Positions 55,892-63,302 of a DNA stretch of 63,302 nucleotides are shown here, in pieces. Source of the stretch: an uncultured Bacilli bacterium. GTDB taxonomy: Bacteria > Bacillota_I > Bacilli_A > RF39 > UBA660. Every line of letters starts with the position of its first letter. Position 1 is the stretch's first letter. Where the stretch lies: contig CANRDF010000004.1 of the NCBI GenBank assembly GCA_947629255.1, forward strand, positions 1 through 63,302, written 5' to 3'. The notes under the pieces were generated by a model. That model was not told the origin of the DNA and made no database searches. It saw only the letters and a program-made list of their open reading frames with translations. The position numbers and the translations under genes are program-made.

Positions 55892-57091
55892 ATGCAAGTA
55901 AAAATTGAAAAACAAGATTATGAAGGAAGGGGAGTTACTCACATTGATGGAAAAGTCGTATTTGTTCCAAGAATGCTCCCAGAAGAAGTTGGGGAGATTC
56001 ATATTGAAAAGGAAGAAAAAAATTATGCGATTGGAAAAGTGGATGCCATTTTAGAAAAAAGTGATATTCGTATTCCTTCCTTTTGTCCGTATGCCAAAGT
56101 TTGTGGAGGATGTGTCTATGACTTTGTGAGTTCGGCAAACTCTCTTTTGCTCAAAAAAGAAATGATAAAAGATTTAATGCGTCAAAAAGGAATTCCCGTA
56201 GAAGATTTTTCAATCACACCAAGTAGACCTGTTTTAGGGTATCGGAACAAAGGCGTTTTTCATGTGGAAAATGGGCACTTTGGTTTTTATGAAGAAGAAA
56301 GTCATCATTTGATTGAGATTCAAAAGTGTGAACTTATGCATCCAAAGATTAATGAAGTTCTTGCATGTTTCCAAGAATTTGCTTTTTTAAATGGAACATT
56401 CACCGTACGAGTAAGTGAAAAGGAAGAAATCTTACTTTCCATTGAAACAGAAGAACAAATTAAAATCAAAGAAGATTTTGTGAAGAAATTTCCGATGAAA
56501 GGAATTTTACTTAATCATAAATGTGTATATGGTGAGCCTTATTTTTTAGAAGAACAGGATAACATCAAATACATGGTTCATGCTGATGCTTTTTTTCAAG
56601 TGAATCCTTATATTGCTAAAAAAATCAAAGAAGAAGTATTAAAAGAAGTAAATCCAAATGATATCGTCTTTGACCTTTACTGTGGATGTGGATTTTTTAC
56701 ATTTCCGATTGCTAGAATAGCCCGAAAAGTCTATGGAGTGGAGGTAAGTCCAGCTTCTATTTTAAATGCGGAGAAAATGAAGAATGAAAATCATGGGGAA
56801 AACATTAGCTTTCATGTGGGAAAAGTAGAAAAAATACTCCCGAATATCAGTGAAGATTGTTCTTTCGTTCTTGTTGACCCACCTCGAAATGGACTTGATA
56901 AAACAGTCATAGAGTTTTTGCTTAAAAAAAGAATTCCAAAAATCATTTATATTTCTTGTAATCCAAAGACTCTAGCGCGGGATTTACAAAAACTGATGAG
57001 TCAATATCAAATCAAGTCTTTCCAGTGTTTTGATATGTTTCCCTTTACAAAACACGTGGAATGTTTTTGTGTTTTAAATCTAAATATTTAA
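55892..57091 (+). CDS. rlmD: 23S rRNA (uracil-5)-methyltransferase RlmD/RumA family
   Basis: TRAM N-terminus, CPYAKVCGGC, FFQVN, DLYCGCG, VDPPRNG, YISCNPKTLARD, DMFP.T.HVE. Confidence 0.9.
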   Translation: MQVKIEKQDYEGRGVTHIDGKVVFVPRMLPEEVGEIHIEKEEKNYAIGKVDAILEKSDIRIPSFCPYAKVCGGCVYDFVSSANSLLLKKEMIKDLMRQKGIPVEDFSITPSRPVLGYRNKGVFHVENGHFGFYEEESHHLIEIQKCELMHPKINEVLACFQEFAFLNGTFTVRVSEKEEILLSIETEEQIKIKEDFVKKFPMKGILLNHKCVYGEPYFLEEQDNIKYMVHADAFFQVNPYIAKKIKEEVLKEVNPNDIVFDLYCGCGFFTFPIARIARKVYGVEVSPASILNAEKMKNENHGENISFHVGKVEKILPNISEDCSFVLVDPPRNGLDKTVIEFLLKKRIPKIIYISCNPKTLARDLQKLMSQYQIKSFQCFDMFPFTKHVECFCVLNLNI

Positions 57092-58011
57092 AGCATATTT
57101 TTCTTTTTTAAAATAATTAATAGAATAACTGTAACGAGTAGAGAAATTAAAATCACAAGTAAAAATGAATAAGGATTCTTTCCAAACTCTCCTAAATAAA
57201 CGTTCATTCCTAAAAAAGAAGAAACCATAGTTGGAATCGAAATCACTAAAGTAATTGAAGTTAAAAATTTCATAATATCATTTGTGTTATTACTAATAAT
57301 CGAATGATATGTATTCATCGTGTTTTCTAAAATTTCTTGATAAATATTCGTCATTTCTAAAGCTTGCTTTAATTCAATCATTACATCTTTTAAAAAGTCT
57401 TCATCAATAGAAGATAGAGAATGACTATTTTCTAATCTTTCTAATATTGTTCTATTTCCTTGTAGGGCAGTTGTAAAATATAATAAACTTTTTTGAAGAT
57501 TTAACATACTATCTAATTCTTTATTACTTGCTTTTAGTAAGTTTTTTTCTTTTTGTAAAATTTCTTCGCGAATTTCATTTAAATATTTTAAGAAAAGACT
57601 TGTATTTTTACTTATTAAATAGATGGGATAAAAATTTGAATTTTTGTAATCTTGTTTTTCACTCATGCTTTCTTCTATTTGAGAAGAAAGGCTTGTTTCT
57701 TCGGAAGAAATGGATACAATGCCATTTTTTAAGAAAAAGAGTCCAACAGGGTAAACACGATATTTTTGTTTGGAAGTTTCTTGTTTCACTGGTGTATGAA
57801 GAATGACTAAAAAGTAATTGTCTTCACTTTCCATATGAGGTAACTCTGCTTTATCCAATGCTTTTTCTAAATCACTTTGTTTAATTTTAAGATCTGAAGC
57901 AGTACACTCGAGTTCCTCTTTCGTAGGACTTTCTAAATGAATCCAAAAGTTTTTTGAAATGTTTTCCGTTTCTAATAATTTGTCTTTTTGAATTTCATAA
58001 ATTGTTTTCAT
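57088..58011 (-). CDS. corA: CorA family Mg2+ transporter
   Basis: NDIMKFLT, IPTMVSSFLGMNV. Confidence 0.93.
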   Translation of the reverse strand: MKTIYEIQKDKLLETENISKNFWIHLESPTKEELECTASDLKIKQSDLEKALDKAELPHMESEDNYFLVILHTPVKQETSKQKYRVYPVGLFFLKNGIVSISSEETSLSSQIEESMSEKQDYKNSNFYPIYLISKNTSLFLKYLNEIREEILQKEKNLLKASNKELDSMLNLQKSLLYFTTALQGNRTILERLENSHSLSSIDEDFLKDVMIELKQALEMTNIYQEILENTMNTYHSIISNNTNDIMKFLTSITLVISIPTMVSSFLGMNVYLGEFGKNPYSFLLVILISLLVTVILLIILKKKNML

Positions 58012-58120
58012 CTTAAATCCCTTACTCTCTATTCATAATTGTATCACAAGTTTTTAAAATAGACTCTATTTTTTTTTAGTAAAATATAGTATAATAAGTT
58101 TCAAGAAAGAAGTTGAATTT

Positions 58121-58672
58121 ATGAGTTATTGGTTATTATGGTTAATTATTGTCATTTTATTAGTGCTTATGGAAGCAGCAACGGTGAATTTAGTTTCTAT
58201 TTGGTTTATTTTTAGTGGAATTGTTTCCTTGTTTGTATCTTTATTTGTTGATTCTTTTCCAGTACAATTTGCTATTTTTGTAGGTCTTGGAATTCTTCTT
58301 ATGATTCTTACAAAACCAGCATTAGATAAGATGGTGAAAGAAAAACAAGAAAAAACAAATTTGGAAAGAATTGTGGGGATGGAAGGGATTGTGACTGTTC
58401 CCATTAAGAAAAATATAGTTGGAGAAGTCAAAGTAGATGGAAAACTGTGGTCTGCGATTTCTGAGAAATCCATTAAAGAAGGAGAGATTGTCAAAATAGA
58501 CCATATTGAATCTGTAAAACTTGTTGTAGAACCAGTTGTTACTGAAAAGCCAAAGAAAACAACCCCAAAGAAAAAGAATACGACTTCTAAGAAAAAAACG
58601 ACAACGACTACAAAAAAGAAAACAACCACGACAAAGAAACCTCAAACGAAAAAGAAAGTGAGTGAGAAATAA
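58121..58672 (+). CDS. NfeD family protein (short form) with Lys/Thr-rich tail
   Basis: TMs plus OB-fold GEVKVDGKLWSAIS; upstream of an SPFH gene. Confidence 0.9.
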   Translation: MSYWLLWLIIVILLVLMEAATVNLVSIWFIFSGIVSLFVSLFVDSFPVQFAIFVGLGILLMILTKPALDKMVKEKQEKTNLERIVGMEGIVTVPIKKNIVGEVKVDGKLWSAISEKSIKEGEIVKIDHIESVKLVVEPVVTEKPKKTTPKKKNTTSKKKTTTTTKKKTTTTKKPQTKKKVSEK

Positions 58673-59562
58673 TGGAAATATTTTTTATCTTACTTGTTCT
58701 ATGTATCATTGTGGTCATTCCTTGTGTCAAAATTGTTCCTCAATCAAAATCCTATGTGATTGAAAGATTAGGCTCTTATTATACAACTTGGGAACATGGA
58801 GTTCACTTTTTAGTTCCTTTTATGGACCGAATTGTCAATATTGTTTTGTTAAAAGAGATTGTAAGAGACTTTGACCCTCAACCTGTGATTACAAAAGACA
58901 ATGTCACGATGCAAATTGATACCGTTGTGTATTTTCAAATTACGGATGCTAAACTTTATACTTATGGAATTGAGTTTCCGATCAGTGCGATTGAAACACT
59001 TACAGCAACGACCTTACGTAATATTATTGGTGACTTAGAATTAGACCAAACTTTAACAAGTAGAGATATTATTAATACAAAGATGCGTGCAATTTTAGAT
59101 GAAGCAACAGATCCATGGGGAATTAAAGTCAATCGTGTTGAAGTAAAAAACATTTTGCCTCCAAAAGATATTCAAGAAGCCATGGAAAAACAGATGCGTG
59201 CTGAGCGTGAAAGACGTGAAAAAATATTACAAGCAGAAGGAGAGAAAAAATCTTCTATCTTAATTGCTGAAGGAGAAAAAGAAAGTGCCATTTTAAGAGC
59301 AGAAGCTGATAAAGAATCAAGAATTAAAAGGGCAGAAGGAGAAGCTGAAGCCTTACTCAAAATGAAAACGGCCGAGGCAGAAGGAATTCGTTTATTAAGA
59401 GAAGCGAAAGCTGATAAATCGGTTCTTCAATTAAAATCTTATGAAACATTAAGTAAAATGGCAGATGGACAAGCAACCAAAATTATTGTTCCAACTGATT
59501 TACAAAATATTGCCACATTTGGAACTGTTTTACAAGAAACAATGAAAGACAAAGATAAATAA
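58672..59562 (+). CDS. SPFH/stomatin (band 7) protein
   Basis: VIERLG, VITKDNV, TLRNIIG, DPWGIKVNRVE, QMRAERERR. Confidence 0.95.
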   Translation: MEIFFILLVLCIIVVIPCVKIVPQSKSYVIERLGSYYTTWEHGVHFLVPFMDRIVNIVLLKEIVRDFDPQPVITKDNVTMQIDTVVYFQITDAKLYTYGIEFPISAIETLTATTLRNIIGDLELDQTLTSRDIINTKMRAILDEATDPWGIKVNRVEVKNILPPKDIQEAMEKQMRAERERREKILQAEGEKKSSILIAEGEKESAILRAEADKESRIKRAEGEAEALLKMKTAEAEGIRLLREAKADKSVLQLKSYETLSKMADGQATKIIVPTDLQNIATFGTVLQETMKDKDK

Positions 59563-59794
59563 GAAAGTTACATTTGCCACTTCAAAAATATTAGTATCTT
59601 TAATGACTCTATCTATATTATAGAAAGTGTGAAATCAATTGTTTACATTTATTAGACATTTTTAAAGAAAAGTAAAACCAAAAATAAAAGGTTTTATTTT
59701 TATGAAAGAAAAAAATGAAGGTATTCTATTGACCGAGTTTTAAAAAATAAGTATAATTATTAACATAAGGATATATAGAATATGAGGGATAAAT

Positions 59795-61447
59795 ATGCGA
59801 TTAAGATATAAAATTGGTTTAATAATAGTAGTTTTATCTTTAGCTATATGTTTAATGACCTATCAAAGTTATGCTTTATGGGTAAAAGATATGGTCGCTA
59901 ATCAAGATAATGTTGTAGAGGTAGGCTGCTTTTCTATTAAGTTTGAAGACCAAGATTCGATTTCTTTAAAAAATACTTATCCTGTAAGTGATGATAAAGG
60001 ACTTCAAGGAACTCCTTACACTTTTACTGTTACGAATACTTGTACTGTGGATAGTGAGTTTAAGATTACATTAAATACTCTTAATACCAATCAAATACCT
60101 AAAGGTTCTGTAGTAGTAGGGCATGATGAGGTTACAGGATCGGATATTACATATGATTATGAAGCTTATAATATGAAGGATAAAATTAAGTTTGCTATTT
60201 CAGAAGGTAATGAGGTACCAAGTTCTGGAGAAAATTTAGGGATATTTGCTACTACTCATCAAAATACAGATTTAAGTGAGCTATCTCATATTGTAAATTT
60301 AGAAGAATCGATTATTCTTACCACAGGAATGGTAAAAGGAAAAATTACAGGAGAAGAGGTAGGAGAATCAAAAACTTATCATCTTTATTTATGGTTTGAT
60401 GCTGAGACAGCAGGGAATGAGATTATGAATCAAAAGTTTGAGGCAAGTATCAACATCATAAGTGAAGCTGCAATGCCAGATAAAGTATCTCTTGCAGGGA
60501 TAAGTGTTCCTGTAGTCAAAAAGGGAAATGGACTTTATATGGTAGATCACTCTAATAGTGGAGTTTCTTCAATCGACGATCTTTTACCAGTTGCATCCTA
60601 CACTGCGGATTCAAATAATACTGGATGGCAAATGACAGAGTATCGATATGCAGGGAAAGCATATACAGAAGGAAGCACTAATTATGTTACTAATTATGTT
60701 ACATTTAATAAAGAACTATGGAGAATTATAGGACTTGTAAATGTCTTAGTACCAAAAGAAGATGGAAGTAGAGAAGTAGAACAACGATTAAAAATTATGA
60801 GAAATGAGGACATTGGTAAGTATACTTGGGATGATGATTCAAATGTTTGGGCTCAGTCTACTTTAATGACTTATTTAAATGGAGATTATTATAATGGTGT
60901 TGGAGAAAAATCTTTAACAGATGAAGTATCCAAAGAAATGATTGATGAAAATATTATTTGGAATATTGCGGGAAGTTATCATACAAGTGAGGCATCAGTT
61001 CATAATTGGTATGATTATGAACGTGGTACTGATAGTTATAATCATCAACCTACGGAATGGAAAAAAGAAGATGGAAATAACTTTCATAGTATTGGATTAA
61101 TTTATCCAAGTGATTATGGATTTGCTGCTTCAGGCGGGACCACCGATAGAGAAGTTTGTCTTACTGTTCCACTTGCACATTGGAATGCGGAATGGAATGC
61201 AGAAGAATGTTTAAGTACTACGTGGTTTAATGACAATCATATATGGACTATTACTCAAAGAAGTGACAGTGCTAGAGCATTTCAAATGAACATTGATCAG
61301 CCATTGGGGTTTAATGACGTGACTATTAAAAATATTGTAGTACCTGTTGTTTATTTAAAGAAAAATGTTAAAATCACAGGAGGAAATGGAGAACATGATA
61401 ATCCATATACTTTAGAATTAACAGGTGTAGATGCAGAAGGAGTATAA
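59795..61447 (+). CDS. Secreted surface protein, paralog 1 (SipW/TasA-type N-terminus; DUF6273-like C-terminus)
   Basis: TM ending SYALW; YTFTVTNT; YHLYLW; NYVTFN.ELWRIIG; IGLIYPSDY; PVVYL..ITGGNG...PY. Confidence 0.65.
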   Translation: MRLRYKIGLIIVVLSLAICLMTYQSYALWVKDMVANQDNVVEVGCFSIKFEDQDSISLKNTYPVSDDKGLQGTPYTFTVTNTCTVDSEFKITLNTLNTNQIPKGSVVVGHDEVTGSDITYDYEAYNMKDKIKFAISEGNEVPSSGENLGIFATTHQNTDLSELSHIVNLEESIILTTGMVKGKITGEEVGESKTYHLYLWFDAETAGNEIMNQKFEASINIISEAAMPDKVSLAGISVPVVKKGNGLYMVDHSNSGVSSIDDLLPVASYTADSNNTGWQMTEYRYAGKAYTEGSTNYVTNYVTFNKELWRIIGLVNVLVPKEDGSREVEQRLKIMRNEDIGKYTWDDDSNVWAQSTLMTYLNGDYYNGVGEKSLTDEVSKEMIDENIIWNIAGSYHTSEASVHNWYDYERGTDSYNHQPTEWKKEDGNNFHSIGLIYPSDYGFAASGGTTDREVCLTVPLAHWNAEWNAEECLSTTWFNDNHIWTITQRSDSARAFQMNIDQPLGFNDVTIKNIVVPVVYLKKNVKITGGNGEHDNPYTLELTGVDAEGV

Positions 61448-61535
61448 GTTTAAAATATTTTGTTTTTTATATTGACCGATTTGGAAAAAGCAAGTATAAT
61501 TTTATCATAGGGAAGTATAGATATGAGGGATCATT

Positions 61536-63203
61536 ATGCGATTAAGATATAAAATCGGTTTAATAATAGTAGTTTTATCTATAGCTATATGTTTCATGAC
61601 ATATCAAAGTTATGCTTTATGGATAAAAGATATGGTCGCTAATCAGGATAATGTTGTAGAAGTTGGGTGCTTTTCAGTTGAATATAAAGAAGTACAAGAT
61701 ACACAAATTAATTTGCAAAATACATATCCAGTAAGTGATTCCAAAGGGTTAAGTGGTACCCCCTATACATTTACTATTACAAATACTTGTACTATCGCGG
61801 ATAGTTATATAGTAACGTTAAATACGAAAAAATCAAATCAAATAAAAGCAGGAACAGTAGAAATAGGAAAAGATAATAAAGGAAATTCTCTTACAGAATC
61901 TTTTGAAGCTTATAATATGAAAGATAAAATTAAATATGCCATTTCATTTGTAAATAATGAAGAAACAGAAGATTCTAATAAACCTTCTTCAGGAACAAAT
62001 TTAGGAGAATTTTCTAGAATGGAAGGACATATTAATGAAGATAAATCAGAATTAACAAGTGTAGATGATTTGGATGAATCTATCATTATTGGGAGCGGGA
62101 CTTTAACTGAAAATCAAAGTAGCACCTATCATCTTTATTTATGGTTTGATGCTGAGACCGCAGGGAATGAGATTATGAATCAAAAGTTTGAGGCAAGTAT
62201 TAATGTGATAAGTCGAGCTACTATGCCTGATAATATAGAATTTGCGGGGATTCATCTTCCAGTAGTCAAAACAGGAAATGGGCTTTATATAGTAGATCAC
62301 TCTAATAGTGGAGTTTCTTCTATCGAAGATCTTTTACCAGTTGCATCTTACACTGCAGATAGTGAAAACACTGGATGGCAGATGACAGAGTATCGTTTTG
62401 CAGGGAAAGCATATACAGAAGGAAGTACTGATTATGTTCATAATTATGTTACATTTAATGGAGAACTATGGAGAATTATAGGACTTGTAAATGTCTTAGT
62501 ACCAAAAGAAGATGGAAGTAGAGAAGTAGAACAAAGATTAAAAATTATGAGAAATGAGACCATTGGTAAGTATTCTTGGGATGATGATTCTAATGATTGG
62601 ACTCAATCTACTTTAATGACTTATTTAAATGGAGATTATTATAATGGTGTTGGAGAAAAATCTTTAACAGATGAAGTATCCAAAGAAATGATTGATGAAG
62701 ATATTATTTGGAATATTGGAGGAAGTTCTCACAATAGTTCTACTGTTTACAAATATTATGATTATGAGCGTGGAACGAGTAGCTATAATCATCAACCTAC
62801 AGAATGGAAAAAAGAAGATGGAAATATTTTTCATAGTATAGGTTTAATTTATCCAAGTGATTATGGATTTGCAGCTTCAGGCGGGACCACCGAAAGAGAA
62901 CTTTGCCTTAATGCTCCATTTAATGATTGGGATGCAGAATTGAATACAGTGGAATGTTTAAGTACTACTTGGCTTGACAACAATCATATATGGATATGGA
63001 CAATGACTCCAAGGTCTGATGCTGCGAATAGAGTATTCCAAATGAATGTTGATCAACCTTTAGGCTTCCAAGATGTAGATCGTAAATATGATGTGTTTCC
63101 AGTAGTCTATATTAAGAAAAACGTTAGAATTACAGGAGGAAGCGGAGAACACGATCATCCATATGTTTTAGAATTAAAAGCTGTAGATTCAGAAGGAATG
63201 TAA
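61536..63203 (+). CDS. Secreted surface protein, paralog 2
   Basis: Full-length paralog of 59795-61447; promoter/RBS region also duplicated (TATTGACCGA...AGTATAATT...ATATGAGGGAT). Confidence 0.65.
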   Translation: MRLRYKIGLIIVVLSIAICFMTYQSYALWIKDMVANQDNVVEVGCFSVEYKEVQDTQINLQNTYPVSDSKGLSGTPYTFTITNTCTIADSYIVTLNTKKSNQIKAGTVEIGKDNKGNSLTESFEAYNMKDKIKYAISFVNNEETEDSNKPSSGTNLGEFSRMEGHINEDKSELTSVDDLDESIIIGSGTLTENQSSTYHLYLWFDAETAGNEIMNQKFEASINVISRATMPDNIEFAGIHLPVVKTGNGLYIVDHSNSGVSSIEDLLPVASYTADSENTGWQMTEYRFAGKAYTEGSTDYVHNYVTFNGELWRIIGLVNVLVPKEDGSREVEQRLKIMRNETIGKYSWDDDSNDWTQSTLMTYLNGDYYNGVGEKSLTDEVSKEMIDEDIIWNIGGSSHNSSTVYKYYDYERGTSSYNHQPTEWKKEDGNIFHSIGLIYPSDYGFAASGGTTERELCLNAPFNDWDAELNTVECLSTTWLDNNHIWIWTMTPRSDAANRVFQMNVDQPLGFQDVDRKYDVFPVVYIKKNVRITGGSGEHDHPYVLELKAVDSEGM

Positions 63204-63302
63204 GTCTAAAAAGTATTTGACTTTACTGTGAATTATATTTTAAAATGTCCTATTTTTAAAATTTGATTTATAAGTTAAAATGTCCTATTAAAAAATAGTA
63301 TT

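Noticed and set aside
57040-57091. 3' end of rlmD as an occupied integration hotspot
   Set aside because: It directly overlaps the convergent corA gene; nothing is inserted
59795-63203. Diversity-generating retroelement
   Set aside because: No reverse transcriptase or non-coding template repeat in the window, and differences between the paralogs are not adenine-specific

Overview
AT-rich chromosomal segment of a low-GC, probably endospore-forming member of the Bacilli. Evidence: dnaB-dnaI, rny, yneF, spoVS, cotJ, dacB-spmAB and a gerA-type operon; the compact gene content resembles uncultured RF39-type gut Bacilli (inference). Most of the window is housekeeping genes plus two tRNAs (Gly-GCC, Thr-GGT). 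Three accessory systems stand out. (1) An 18-kb co-oriented locus (12.6-30.6 kb) joins a Tad/Flp-type pilus machine with non-canonical pilins to a 1338-aa Cys-rich surface protein, a multi-domain peptidoglycan hydrolase with a lipoprotein partner, and a VirD4/TraG coupling ATPase; no relaxase, VirB4 or integrase is visible. (2) A ~350-390 bp module missed by the ORF track occurs four times (34.5 kb, and a tandem array at 45.8-46.7 kb). Each complete copy has convergent sigmaA promoters, a 31-38 aa hydrophobic peptide, a ~110-nt antisense RNA and a conserved 5'-3' long-range helix; it looks like a type I toxin-antitoxin family, and one copy is an orphan antitoxin. (3) An Rpn/PD-(D/E)XK nuclease gene has a perfect internal promoter and RBS for its C-terminal module, and that module is tandemly duplicated as a separate gene. 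All assignments come from motif recognition by eye; no database searches were run.
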